Shown piece after piece: positions 1 through 13,252 of a stretch of 64,000 nucleotides of DNA. The position numbers were made by a program, and so were the translations under genes. Position 1 is the first letter of the stretch; each line of letters starts with the position of its first letter. Origin of the DNA: Felis catus (Eukaryota); assembly GCF_018350175.1 (NCBI RefSeq), contig NC_058383.1:3844001-3908000 (forward strand). The letters are read 5' to 3'. The notes under the pieces were generated by a model. It saw nothing but the letters and a program-made list of their open reading frames with translations. It was not told where the DNA came from and did not search any database.

Positions 1-1800
1 TCACGGCGTGCGCGTGGCTGTGCCGCGTGGCCACACACGTAGATCTGTGGGACCGCCACCTCCACGAGACGCACGACTGTCCCAGCACCACACGGCCGTC
101 CCTGGTGCCGCCCCTGCAGCCACACGTCCGCTCTCCGGCGCCGGCGTTTGTCATTTAGGGTTAGGCCGTTTTCCGACACCACATCACGCCTTCTGTGCAG
201 CTGTCACGTGTCCCAGCAGCCCGTGGCCCCTGCCGCCGAGGGTCTGAGTCCCGCCGAGCGGCTCCCCCCTCTGCTTAACCCTCACCCGCTGAGGGACGTC
301 TGCAGCGTGGGGGTCGCCAGTAAGGCTGTGGCGCGGGCTGGACTGGACGGGGGCCCGGGCTGTAACTGCGAACCGGTCGGCGTGTGTTTAGGTGAAGACA
401 CGGCCACTTTCCGTTCATGCCACCAACAGTGCGGAAGACACCCCGCTGCTCGCCATCCCGCCGGCCTCTGGGGGGCGCCGGCTCGTATCGCAGCCGTTCC
501 GCCGGGTGCACGGCGACGGCCGGGCGGGGTCCCTGCTTTGCAGTCGCTGACGGCATCGGCATCGGTGCTCGCCTCCTGTGGGCTCGTCTGCCGTCCGTGG
601 TCCCCCTTCAACCAACGTGCCTCTTCGTGCTTCCTGTCCACCTTCTGACTGAGTGGTTTGCTTTTTACCGCTGAGCTTTGAGACTTGTGACGCTCGTAGG
701 TGTGAGCCTCTGCCCCGCGTGCGGTGCTGGGGACCTTCTGCCGGCTCCAGCAGACGCACGCCGATGGTTTCGGTGATGAAATCCGGTTTGTTGATTTTTT
801 TTTTTTTCTTTTCCGGACCGTGCTTTTGGTGTTGTGTCTAAGAAGTCCAAGCTCTAGCTCCCAAAACTTTTTTGAATTTTGACTTTCTCCCCCCGTAGAG
901 AATGTGTTGTTTCCCAGTGACTGTTTTCAAGACAGATCAGTGTTTAAAAGGTCGGCATGGATTTCTTTGGGTTTATCCCGCTTAGGATTCATTCGCGTTC
1001 TTGAATATGTAGGTTTACCTCTTTTGGGGGGAAATGTCAGCCATTTGTTGACTATTCCCCAATGTTCTCTTCTTCTGGGGCCTTGCACGACGTGGGTGTT
1101 CGATCTTTTTTTTTCTTTTTTTAAATTTTTTTAACGTTAATTTATTATTGAGAGACAGAGAGAGACACCGTGAGCAGGGGAGGGGCAGAGAGAGAGAGGG
1201 AGACACAGAATCCGAAGCGCCTCCAGGCTCCGAGCCGTCAGCACAGAGCCCGACGCGGGCCTTGAACCACAAACCATGAGATCGTGACCTGAGCCAACGT
1301 TGGACGCTCAACCGACTGAGCCCCCCGGGCGCCCCTGAACGTTCGATCTTACTCAAAGTGCCATGTGTCCCTGAGACTCCAGTCGCCGATTTTCTGCCCC
1401 TCTCCTCTTTGTTCTTCGGGGGTGATTGTCCTTCTAGCATCAGGTTGTCGATTCCTTTCTCTGCTCTTTTCATTCTGCGGGAAGCTCTCCACCAAGCCCT
1501 GACCTCAGCTACTGGTTTGCTTTTGTTCAGAAATCCCACCGGCTCTTCCACATCCGCCTTCTCTCCTGAGATTCTCTGGGTCTTTCTTTGTGTCAGCATG
1601 ACTATACGCGTCTGTAATTGCATGAAGTTCTCGCGGTGGCTGCTTTAAAATCCTCGTCACGGGATCCTGGCATGAGTGTCGTCCTGTGCTGGTGTCTGTT
1701 CTCATTTGCAATCTTCCCCATTCTTGGTATGACAGGTGGTCTTTACGGAAACAGGACGTTTGGCGTGTGATGTTCGAAGACTTCGGGGTCTCATCCTAAT
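1..1800 (-). mobile_element. Ancient L1M (L1MC/ME-like) fragments, antisense, highly diverged; interrupted by a SINE
   Basis: Recognisable L1 motifs such as caccaacagtg..., ctgagctttgagact, gcatggatttctttgggtttatcc, gggaaatgtcagccatt; boundaries approximate. Confidence 0.55.
1106..1335 (-). mobile_element. Can-SINE (felid type)
   Basis: Reverse tRNA head ending ...gggcgcccc, (GA)n and poly-T; flanking repeat gttcgatctt. Confidence 0.95.
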
Positions 1801-3818
1801 CCTGTGTTTTATCAGGCCTCCGATACCACGCTGGTGGGCGCAGTGGGGATCGCCCCTGCATGGACACTGAGGGCGTGCCCTGTGCGCATGCGCCGCTCCC
1901 AGCCCGGGCCGGCCTGCCTCACGAGCTCTGCCCTGGCCTGTTGTCCCCAAGTCCTCAGGGGACGGTGTGTACCCCTGTCCATGGTGGGGATGGCTCGTGT
2001 CCCTGGCCCTAGTGCACGTAGCTTTTTTTGCAGGGACTCGCGTCCACCGTGGGTCTGTGGCTGCTTCTGGGCCTCAGCAGAGCGAGGCCTCGTGTGTCCC
2101 CAGCCTCACCGTCTGTCTCTCTGTGATGCTGTCTCTTCCTTGCCTCTTGGCTCAGTGTCTGTCCTTCCTCCCCTATAGCCAAACGCTTCCTTAGACTCAG
2201 ACGTGTTGTACAAACTCACGTGTAGGTCTTGTGTGTCCTTCAAATACGCTTTGTAATTTTTCTCCATGAAAGTCTCGCACGTCTCTGACTTTCGGTTCAT
2301 GTGTGTAATTGTTGTTACCATTGCTGTTGGGACCTTCCACGTGATTAACTTTCTGCCGTGAACCTTCGGGTGCCGCTCCTCACGGCCCGTTTTCGTCCAG
2401 ATCTGGTTGTGGCTTATTACACAGGAGTGCAGACTCACGCAGGGTCTGGGGCTTTGGGGGCCTTGCACTGTGTGTTCTAGTCAAAGTGGATGGAAACCCC
2501 CCAGAATTTCCCAGCCGGCTCCTGTGGCCTTGCGGCCTCTGAGGATGATGTAACACCCCTCCCCCCGCCCATGGCCTTGGTGAGAAGGTGGCATTCCCTG
2601 TGACAACCAGGCCTGTTTCCTGTAGGCAGGTGGTAGTTCTAGAAAACGGTCTTAATTCTAATCTTGAAGCTGTCGGCAGTCATTAAGCCAAATTACAGCA
2701 AGAGTTTTCCTAAACTTTGGGAATGAGAATGGTTCCAGCCTTCCACCCAGGAGAATCCTGGGCTGACAGCTCAGGGACAGTTTCCTTTCCTTCCATTTCG
2801 CCGAGCGTTGGCGCACCTGTCGTGCGTGCCAAGCCCCGGATACCACGGTGAATGGGCAAGGCCCGGCTCTGTCCTGGGGAGGCGGCCGGCCAGCGGGCAG
2901 GACAGAGGGGAGAGAGACGGACCCAGCTCTCGTGTTCTCACAAAGCGCAGCGTGTGCTGGGGGGACAAGAGCCAAGTGCTTGCAGAGGAGGGAGGGTGTG
3001 GGGCTGCCGTGCACGACCAAAGTGTCCTCACTGAGCGCGGCCACCCTGCCGAGCGCCGCCTCAGGGCAGGGGCGGGTGCAAGCGTGCCCAGAAGGGCGGC
3101 CCCGGGGCAGGGAGGCCGAGGGAGGGCCCCGAATGGCATGGATGGCATCGGGGAGGCTGGTGGGGCCGGTCCTGCAGGGCCCAGAAGTTTGCATTGTCTT
3201 CCGAGAGCTGTGAACAGTTTCTAAGCTTTGGAAGGACCTGACTTGACGAGGGGCTTCAGGAAGACGGTCCCGCTGGCATGTGGAGGGCAGGGGATGGGAT
3301 GGAGAGGGCAGGGCACAGGGAGCCCTGGGGGCCATCCAGCCACCCACGGAACAGGGCAGGGTGTGGGAGGAGACTCCAGGAAGCTCGGTGATGAGAACCC
3401 ACGGGCAGGCCTGCCTGCTCCAGCCTGGCATCTGATGAATGTTCAGGCTTTGGTGGAAGTTCATGCTAATTTAATTTTTAACTAAAAACTGGCCTGGAAG
3501 TACTTAAAATTTCCCCGAATTAACCCTGAAAAAAAGAAAACTTGCTCAGCACCGACTTAGGTGTCTCATGAGGTTGTCGAGGGTTGGCTTTGCTCCTTCA
3601 ATGGTGTGTTCTCAGCGAACCTGGAGTGGGTTCCACGTGTCATGCGGTATTTCCTCCTCCGATTGGTGACCGCGGCTCAAGGTACCCCACATGACACAGT
3701 TTAAGACGCGTGATGACGGCACCCCGTGTTGCACTGTGTGGAAAGTTAGTTAGATGATCCCCTAGATTTCCAGTGAGAAGCACAGGAAAATGCGGAACAA
3801 ATGAAAAATAGGGAAAGT

Positions 3819-4033
3819 GGGCGCCTGGGGGGCTCAGTCGGTTCGGCGTCTGACTGCGGCTCAGGTCATGATCTTGCGGTCCATGAGTTCGAGCCCCGCG
3901 TCGGGCTCTGTGCTGACAGCTCAGAGGCTGGAGCCTGCTTCGGATTCCGTGTCTCCCTCTCTCTCTGCCCCTCCCCCGCTCATACTCTGTCTCTCTCTCA
4001 AAAATAAACATTAAAATGTTTTTCTAAAAAATA
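3819..4033 (+). mobile_element. Can-SINE
   Basis: gggcgcctggggggctcagtcggtt...gagttcgagccc...(CT)n...aaaaataaa. Confidence 0.95.
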
Positions 4034-4915
4034 ATCCGGTGAAGAAACGGGCAAAAGACACGAATAAACACTTCTCCAAAGAAGACATCCAGATGGCCAA
4101 CAGGCACATGAAAAGATGCTCAACATCACTCATCATCAGGGAAATACAAATGAAAACCACAACGAATACCACCTCACACCAATCAGAATGGCTAAAGTTA
4201 ACAACTCCGGCCACGACAGATATTGGCGAGGATGCAGGGAAAGGGGATCTCTTTTGCACTGCTGGTGGGAATGCAAGCTGGTGCAGCCACTCTGGAAAAC
4301 AGTATGGAGGGTCCTCAAAAAACTAAAAATAGAACTACCCTATGACTCAGCAATTGTACTACTGAGCACTTATCCACGGGATACAGGTGTGCTGTTTTGA
4401 AGGGGCACATGCACCCCAATGTTTATGGCAGCACTATCGACAATAGCCAAAGTATGGAAAGAGCCCAAATGTCCATCGGTGGGTGAACGGATAAAGAAGA
4501 TGTGGCAGATATATACGATGGAGTATTACTTGGCCATCAAAAAGAATGAAATCTTGCCATTTCCAACCATGTGGATGGAGCTGGAGGGTATCACGCTAGG
4601 TGAAATGAGTCAGTCAGAGAAAGACAAAAATCATACGACTTCACTCATATGAGGACTTTAAGAGACAAAACAGAGGAACATAAGGGAAGGGAAACAAAAA
4701 TAATATAAAACCAGGGAGGGGGACAAAACAGAAGAGACTCATAAATATGGAGAACAAACAGAGGGTTCCTGGAGGGGCTGGGGGGGGGATGGGCCAACTG
4801 GCTAAGGGGCGTTAAGGAATCTACTCCCGAAATCATTGTTGCACCACATGCTAACTAACATGGATGTAAAGTAAAAAATAAATAAATTTTAATAAAAAAT
4901 TAAAAAAAATTTTTT
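4034..4915 (+). mobile_element. 5'-truncated LINE-1 (carnivore type): ORF2 C-terminus, 3'UTR and A-rich tail
   Basis: Frameshifted ORF2 peptides [54 protein letters not shown]-rich 3'UTR; A tail. Confidence 0.96.
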
Positions 4916-6645
4916 TAATAGGGGAAACAGGAGACATCCATACTGCTTTCATTTCACAATTGGGCTTCTTAAATTTCAGGGCAGCCTGTGTCCTTCAGGA
5001 GCCAGGCACAGCACCCCCTGCCATGCCCCGGAGTGGCGGCCCTGCACCCGGGGGGTCCTGCCCCACGTCCTGTGCTCGCGCCCGCCCGCCCGGAGGCAGG
5101 GGTCGTGTCCTGCCCCAAGTACTTGAGGGAACTGAGGGGGGCGGTGTCTCGGTGAATGTTCGCTGTTCCTTCCCCTGCTGCCTTCCCAGGTGTTGCTGCC
5201 CCGGGAACCGTCCACACTCTCTCGTCTAGAACGTCTCCAGGGTGCTGCCCAGATCTCTCCTGCGCTTCTGATGCTTGTTGGCGGCATTTCCTTAGTTAAA
5301 GAAGCGTTCTGTGAACGGGCGTCGCACATCTGGCCGGGGGGCCGTCCGGAGCCCCCACTGGTGATGGTGCCAGGTGAGCGGGGGTCCTGCTGCGCTGCCG
5401 GGCGTGGCTGGCTTCGCCGCCACAGAGACAGGCAGGGCTCACTTGTTACGCGGCAGGTAAGCTCTCGTGTACATCGTGGGGGGTCTCCAGTGGGCTTTCT
5501 CTCAGGAGCATGATCTACAAGAATGTTACGCAGCCACAGCTGGCCCCCGGGAAAGCCAGGAGGGCAAGGCGGCCCCCCTTGCCCAGCCCCCCACCGTGTC
5601 CCCGCTCCTCCTCCATTCTCTGCTGGGTTTGGGTCCAGCCCCCAAAACGCCAGCGTCTTGTCCCGAAGCCTCGTGCGCGGCGCTCTCTGTTGGAGGTGTG
5701 CGGTCAAAAGCACGGCAGTCTGCGTCAGGAACCCCCGGGTGCCCTCCGCACCCGCCGTTTTTCACCTTGGTGACCCTGAGCCCGGTTCTCTCGTCTGTCC
5801 CAACGAGGACGACAGCGGTGGGCCTGTCTTAAATGGTGCCGTGGGAGTTCGTGTCTGGTGCTTGGAAGCGCCAGCCGGCACTGGCCGTGGCCCCCGTTCC
5901 TGCAGGACGTGGGTGCTGCCCGCCCCCCACCCCCGAGAGGCGAACGCAGTAAATGTGGGAGAGCCTGTTGTTCGGCAGACGCCTGAAAACGTGGGCCTAG
6001 TTCGTCTTCTCAAAGCTGTTTCGCTTTGTTTATCTTTGAATGTGCCAAGCTGACTTCTTTCCAGGACCGCCTTTGAATAATGTCGCTGGTCAGAAGCATA
6101 CTGAACGCGAAGGTAAAGCTTGTGCCGTGCTGTGCCGGGCGGGCCTGAACCTCCCTCTCCCTGTCTGGTGTCCCTAGATCTGCCCCTGCTCCCTGCAGAC
6201 AAGCTTCCTGGTTGCCATGGCAGGGTCGCCATGGCTACGGCGTAAAGAGTGGGTGCTTGTAGGAATTCGGGAAGCACGCTCTTCCTCCCCTTCTCTCTTT
6301 CGGGCAGATAATCATTCAAAATAATTACCTTTAATTTTTAAGAAATTTAAGTGACCTTGTGTCTTTCTGCTTCTTAGGTTTTCGAGGGCCCTTGGCATTT
6401 TGGCTTCTTAATTTGTGTGAGCCCAGATGATAATGGTGTTGCAAAAGGAGCTCCTGGTGTGTTCACCAGAGCCGTGCTGTGCAGTAAACTGCTTTTGAAA
6501 CGTGGCCCACCCTCCTGGGGTCTGCTGTGTGGACAATAGTTCAGTCTTTTCTTCAGCAGAAAGCCCTGGCTTCTTTTCCTTTCTAAAGCCAAGCGCTTTT
6601 GTTTTGTATAAAGGATGTGCAGAGGATGAGAGGTTGGTGCTTTGC

Positions 6646-6674
<29 letters not shown>
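6646..6674. repeat. (TG)n microsatellite
   Basis: ~14 TG units. Confidence 0.95.
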
Positions 6675-6681
<7 letters not shown>

Positions 6682-6814
6682 GTAGCTCTGCTGCCTCCAT
6701 CACAGACTGCAGTCGAGGCCCGGGCTGGGCTCAGCACATATCAAGGCTGCTTCTGTTTTTCTGTCTCACCATTCTTAGCAAGAGGCTTTCATTTTCAAGT
6801 GACCTCCTTGTGTT

Positions 6815-7032
6815 GGGGCGCCTGGGTGGCGCAGTCGGTTAAGCGTCCGACTTCAGCCAGGTCACAATCTCACGGTCCGGGAGTTCGAGCCCCGCGTCGG
6901 GCTCTGGGCTGATGGCTCGGACCCTGGAGCCTGTTTCCGATTCTGTGTCTCCCTCTCTCTCTGCCCCTCCCCCGTTCATTCTCTGTCTCTCTCTGTCCCA
7001 AAAATAAAAAGACGTTGAAAAAAAAAAAAAAA
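6815..7032 (+). mobile_element. Young Can-SINE (SINEC_Fc-like) with a 19-bp TSD
   Basis: ttcaagtgacctccttgtg at 6794-6812 and 7033-7051; pure A tail. Confidence 0.97.
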
Positions 7033-10000
7033 TTCAAGTGACCTCCTTGTGCAGGGTGGTTGCTGGTACACCGGTCATCACAGTTTTGTCCTAGGCGAGA
7101 AGTGGAGGAAGAGATGATGGGCACTTAGTGCTCACTCGGTAGCTGTGTGTCCTCCTCTTCGGGGACTTTCTGCGTGGCCTGCCCATGAGGTTCCGCTCAC
7201 TTTTCGTTGGGTCATCCCCCACTGTGGAGATGGCTGGGAAATAGGCTTTTAGGTGGAGCCTGGGCACGGAGGAAAAAGTTGGGGGAGGAATAAGGGAAGT
7301 GGGCGCCCCGCCTTCTGCACTTTCCCCGGGAGAAACCTGCCTGGGCGGCCGTCGTGCGCACCCCCACCCAGCACAACCCTTCCCCCTGCCGCCCCCGCGG
7401 AACCTCCTACACTAGCTTTGCCCGTGCGGGCTCCTTCTGTGACTGGGCTCCGTTGAAGGCCGCTGGAGGCTGGGGGCTGCCGCTTGAGGGTGACAGTCCT
7501 CAGCTCTGCTCACAGGAACACCCAGAGGTCGCCACCCCGTGTCCCTCTTGCCACAGCAGAGGACAGAAGCAAGCTTGCAGGGTCCCTGTAGGTCAACTAG
7601 AGGGTGCTGCTCTGTAAGGTATCAGCGGGGTGTCACCGCAGGAGAGCAGGAGAGCGCCTTCCCTGTCCCTGGGGGCCGGGCGGCCGGGTGCCAGCGCGCC
7701 CTGTCCCGTGCTACGGGCTGCGGGGCGCGGGGCTGGGAGCAGACTCCGCCCGGGCTCAGACGTCGGCGCAGCGCCCCGTCTGCCAACCGTGAGCGCTTCC
7801 CGGGCCCTGTCACAGGCCTTCAGTTCCCCGGGAAAGTGGCCGGACGCCAGCGCGGTTCCCAGATAGCAGGGGCAGAGCCGCACACGCCCCACGGTCCCTC
7901 CCTCACAGCTCCGTGCAGGTTTCGGTTTGCGCCTGTTGCGTTTTCCAAATTAGGAAAGTAAGCTGAGCTGGGCCTCGATAAAGCAAGGACGTGATTTGTC
8001 ACAGCATTCGGGCACCCGGGGCGCTCTGCTCTCCCTGTGGTGTTTTGACAAATGGAACTTTAAAAAAATAAAAGCCCGGCGCAGACTCTTTGCTCTCGGT
8101 GGAGGCGAACTTGGAGTTATGTTTTCAGGCTCTCTCTTGAGCTCTGCTGCTGTCCTTGGGGACGGGACCAGAAGGGAGGGCCTTGAAACATCACTTTCGA
8201 CTGGGACAGGGTTGCCAGTGGGAGGCGGGGGCGCGGGGCCTCGCGGGTTCGCCTGGGCCGGCCCTGTTCTGGGCGAACTCACGCTTCTCTGCGGAAGGAC
8301 GGGCCTTGCTACAGACCTTCCGTTCGGGCGGTCGTGGTGGTGACGCCGTTCTGGCCGGCCCTCCCAGCTCTGCCTGCAGCTTCTGAAGGCATTTCCTCTG
8401 CCAAGTTTAACCAAACTGAACTTGGGCCTTTTTGAGTTTCCAGAATCCAGAAAATAAACACACAGAGTTGATTTCTGCCCCGTTGTCGGTCTCTCCTCCC
8501 CTTCCTTCCACAGCTCGACGGCGGCTGCGGCCCGGGATCTTTCCCTTCGCTCCTCTGTTCTGGGAGTGCGGGGGGGGGGGGGGGGGGGGGCAATGATAAC
8601 GCGGCGGCTTTTTTGTAATATTCTCAAAATACGCAGATTTAAATAAAACTAAAGTGTCCAGAAAAGCAGGGTGTTTGGGCCGTTAACGTGTTTAGAGCCT
8701 TCGACGTGCCGATACCTGGCACACTGTTTTAACTGTTATTGTATCATTAGGGAACTTCACGCTAATTAAGCCTTAGGCAAAAGACCTTTGATTTTTCACG
8801 TTATTCTCACGCGGAACGTCTCTCCTTCGGCAGCGTCCCAGCGGCCGGCAGTGTCCTACCCGACTGGTCCTAAACTCTGAATGTCACCTGGATGTCGTGC
8901 CCCGTGGGGTGGGGGTCCGTGACCCGAGGAGGGGGCGTTACTGGTGCTCTCTGAAACGCATTTCAAAGCGTAAATGTGATGATTACTTACTTTTTGGTGA
9001 TTTATGATGCTTTCCTGGGCCTCCCGGGGGTCCTCACTTTCCTGCACAAGTGCCCTGTGCTCCAGCAGCGGAGACGCTGTGCGTACAGAGGGCCCTCGGG
9101 CGTGCGTCCCTTGGTCACATGGGTGTAGGTCAGGCAGGTGCTGGTGGCTGTGCAGACTTCCCCCCTCCCCCCATCTCCGTGGCATCCCGGCCAGAGGACT
9201 CGGGGCCGCCGCGAGCACTGCCATATCCACCTGACTCTCTCAGGAAAGTGTGCGTGCGGATTGGGGCGGCCCCAGTCCCTCGGCCGGGGGTGAAGCGATG
9301 GCCCCCCGCTGCCCCGAACCTCGTCTGATTCTCTCGCCAGTTGACTCCACTGAGCACAGTGAAGGTGTGTTGTCCATATCATTGCGACGTTAATCTAGGA
9401 CCAGAAAATTCTAGTCCTTTCCCTGTGGTTCGGCGACTCCACCGGGGCCGAGATGTAGCCGCTGCCCTCCGTGTTGTGGCTCGTGCGGCGCCCCGATGAG
9501 AATTCTCTTCTCCTGTCTCCGCCTTATATACCTTTACCTCTTGATGGACTTTCGATTCCAGAAATACATCGTGGGGAACTTGTCGTGCGCTCTGACGGGT
9601 GTGTGCTCTGTGTGTGGCAGGAGAGCAGACCGGCCGCGGCACGGGCACCGAGGGGACAGAATCTGGAAGAACACAGGCCCCCGGGAAAGAGTGGTGGCGT
9701 GGAGATACTGTGGCTGCGTTGCAAGATCCGTAGGTCAAGCCACTTAAACTTCTGGAGTCGTTTCTTTGGATCCGCGCGGAGGGAAAGGGAAGAGGGAACT
9801 CGAAGTGCTCGTGCCCACGGCCCCGTTGTGTCCCGCGTCGCCCCCAGGGAGCCGCGGTGCTGTTTCCGTGACTGCCGTGCGTGCGGTCCGGTCCTGTGGC
9901 CTGCGGCACGGGACGGCCCCTCCGCGGCCTCTTCGGTCTGGCACTGACCTTTAAGAAGCCGGGACAGTGGAGGTGCTAGTTCTGACCTTTGTGGCTCCTC

Positions 10001-12689
10001 CATTCACCCAGCTGGAGGGTCTTCGGTGATTTTTAGGCAGGTCTGGGAGGTATATTGGACTTTCTGTCCCGTTGATTTTCCAAACTATAAAGCTTGGGAG
10101 CTCGCCTTACACGGTGATTTTTCTGATTTGTGTTAAATCCCACACATCCCCACCAAGGGCTAAGAATGCCCCTGAGAAGATGGCCGGGGTCCTCCCCCAG
10201 GGACCCTGAGCCTCCGCTGCCGGCAGGTCTGTGTCTAAGGCCCCTTCTCTGTGGCGCGATAGAAATGGCCACGTGGGGGTGGGTCGCTTCGGGGGCTTCC
10301 CCTGGGGCCAGGGGACAGAGCAGGCGTGCCTGGCCCCTCACCTTGCATTCACTGGGGTCTTAGGTAGTTTCCCAAACACGCCTGAGCACCAGGCTTCCCT
10401 GGGAGTAAGATTCCCCCGGGGGGGCGCCCGCTGAGAGCCCGGATCCCGGGGCCCTCGCCCTCCCAGATGACTCAGTGGGCCTCAGCCGAGTGACACTGTA
10501 CACATGGCCACACACTCTTCAAGTCACACTGTCGAAGTGAGCAGGAATCCTCCGAGTGATGCCAGAGAACCCGTCCCGATTTGCTAGGGGTCTCCTGGGA
10601 GCAGGACGTTGTTCCCCAGAAGCGTGGGTGAAATGAACCCCAGGTGGGCCTCCCTAGCCGCCTCCTGCAGGGGGTCCCCGGGACTGCCGTGAGCCCACCT
10701 GGCAGGACGTGGGAGGCGAGGGTGGGCCTCCAGGGGCTCCCGTCTAGTTCGGGGGTCCCCTGCCCCTTCTCTCCTCGGGGGGCTCCTCACATGGGGGCTG
10801 AGCCTCCATTTGTACCAAGGAGCCCTGGCTTTCACCAGGCCTTTGGCTGCATTTGTTACTGCGTTTTTGATTTACCACAGAGGCTTAAATATCCTATCTT
10901 TTTTTTCTTTTTTTTCCCTATAAAAGTAGATTTTTTTTGACCTGATTATAAAAATATATTGTCCTTATTTAAAAAAATATATAGATCATAGGAAAACATA
11001 TAAAGAAGAAGAAAACAAAGAAGAAAACAAAGCTCCTTCTAAACCAGAATGCTTAAATCCGCCGTATTTCATTCCCACACCTGCATTGTTGCTGCGCAGA
11101 CAGGGACCCGGATCGGAGCCGGGTCGGTAGCCACCTGTTTCCCCGGGAGCAGCCGGCCAAGGGCACAGCCGTGTGGCCGGGCCAGCCCAAGAAAGCAAGG
11201 CTGAGGGGTCACTTCGAAGGTGGGGCAGGCTGGTGCAGAGTGGAGATTGCAGCCCTGATTCGTGGAAGAGGGACCAAGACTGAACACAGGGGGTCGGGCT
11301 TGGAGTTTTGGGCGCTGCGTCGGGGGCCTTAGAGAGCCGGCGCCCGGTCAGGGACCGCGGTCCTCCCGCCTTCCCGAGGCCTCGGCCATCGGCTCCCCTT
11401 TGCTTTTCCTGGCCCGGGCTTGCCCTGTCGCTCCTGCCCTGCCGACCCGCCTGCGCTCTGCAGCCCCCACCGACGGCCCCAGCTTAGCCACGAGGGTGTC
11501 CCACAGCCTCCCTTCTGCGCTTCTGGGTATTCTAGCAAAATGTGCTTCGTTTTTAGGAAAAACAGATGTTTTAGGTTGAAAAAAATAAGATTGCCAGAAT
11601 CCTTTGATATGGGGATTTTATACGTAAAAGTGTCTCAAAACCGTTTCCCGAACGGTCTTGTGTTTCTCCAACGATCCAGCTCCTCTGGCATCGTCACTGC
11701 AGACAGAGGCACGTGGGGACCGCCGCAGACCGCGGCCACCCCATGAGCATTGTCTCATCGCGTCTGCCGGCCCCGCGGCACTGGGGCAGGGCGGGAAGGG
11801 AGGGGCCTGTCTGTGGAGTCACGTTCGGCCGGCCTCCCGGCCTCCCCTTCAGACCTCGAGGCCCGGCCGTGTGTCCACCTTCCCCCCCACCCCCGCCCCC
11901 GGAGCCAGACCGCACAGCAGAACTGGGCCGGGGTCGGTCCCCTGTGAATTTTCCAGAAGACCCGTCACACCTCGCAACATCCCGAAGGGCTGGTTATCAA
12001 GTATTACTTTCCCTCCACCCCCAGATTCTTGAATGTCTCATTTCTGAAAGGACACGGTAACACTGAAGGAAAATTCGAAACCGGGTGGCGGGGGGGGGGG
12101 GGGGGGTCCTGGGAGGCCGCCCCCACCCAGGGCTGCTTCTTCCCCTCTCGGCCGGCCCTTCTGATAGCACCACCACCTACATGCCGTGCCGCTGGCGGCT
12201 GGCCGCGTGCCGGGCCTCATGCTCTGTGTCGTTCCTGCGTCCGGGCTGCCGCTGCGCGGAGACCTCCCCGGCCCCCCGACGCCATCCCCGCAGCCCATTC
12301 TCAACCCAGGCCTCTCTGATTTCGGATCCCACACCTTTCGCCACCACTCTGAGCCGCTGGTCTCTGCGCTTTGACCTATCACCGCGTCTCACAATGGGCC
12401 AGTGCTTTGTGGGCGCTTGGACCGTTCTGCTTAATACTCCAAAGAACCCTACGAAGGATTTTCTGTAGTTACCCCGTTCTCCTCGATGGGGAAAACAGGC
12501 GGATGCATTCGAGATTTGTCCAGAGGTGCGCAGTGATGAAAAGCGTCCTTTTAAATGACCGCGTGACGTTCGTCCATGAGTACACAGCATAGTTTGCACA
12601 GTGGTTCCTATTAGAGAGCTCTTTAGCTGTTTAGAGTTAGGGTGTAGTTTTGGCTTTTTTAACTAAGGTCAAAAAACCAGGGTGAAGCT

Positions 12690-12905
12690 GGGGCGCCTGG
12701 GTGGCTCAGTCCGTTAAGCATCTGACTTCGGCTCAGGTCATGATCTCATGGTTTGTGAATTTGAGCCCCACATCAGGCTCTGAGTGCAAAGTCTGCTGGG
12801 GATTCTGTCTCTCCCTCTCTCTCTGCCCCTACCCCATGCTCGCTCACTCTCTCTCTCTGTCTCTCAAAGTAAATAAACTTAAATATTTTAATAAAATCTC
12901 TTAAA
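12690..12905 (+). mobile_element. Can-SINE (first of a tandem pair)
   Basis: ggggcgcctgggtggctcagtccgttaagcatctgacttcggctcaggtcatgatc... Confidence 0.93.
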
Positions 12906-12959
12906 AATTACTTTTTAAAAGAGTGAATAAATAAGCTAGTTTAAAATTAAACTTACGTT

Positions 12960-13085
12960 GGGGCACCTGGGTGGCTCAGTCAGTTAAGCATCCGACCTCA
13001 GCTCTGGTCATGATCTCTGGGCTCTTGGGTTCGAGCCCTGCGGTAGGCTCAGTATTGACAGGTCAGAGCCGGAGCCTGCTTCAGA

Positions 13086-13134
<49 letters not shown>

Positions 13135-13148
13135 CTTCCCGTGCTTGT

Positions 13149-13188
<40 letters not shown>

Positions 13189-13252
13189 CTTCCCCTGCTT
13201 GTGCTCTCTCTCTCTCTCTCTCTCTCTCTCAAAACTAAACATTGAAAAAAAA
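12960..13252 (+). mobile_element. Can-SINE (second of the pair) with an expanded, internally duplicated (CT)n tract
   Basis: ggggcacctgggtggctcagtcagttaagc...; three long CT runs separated by two gcccttccc..gcttgtg spacers. Confidence 0.93.

Noticed and set aside
145..165. Telomere-like tttagggttagg
   Set aside because: Fewer than two full units inside an old L1 fragment; consistent with chance.
4039..4652. L1 ORF2-like ORFs considered as a functional gene
   Set aside because: 5'-truncated, frameshifted and containing a stop; a dead retrotransposon fragment.
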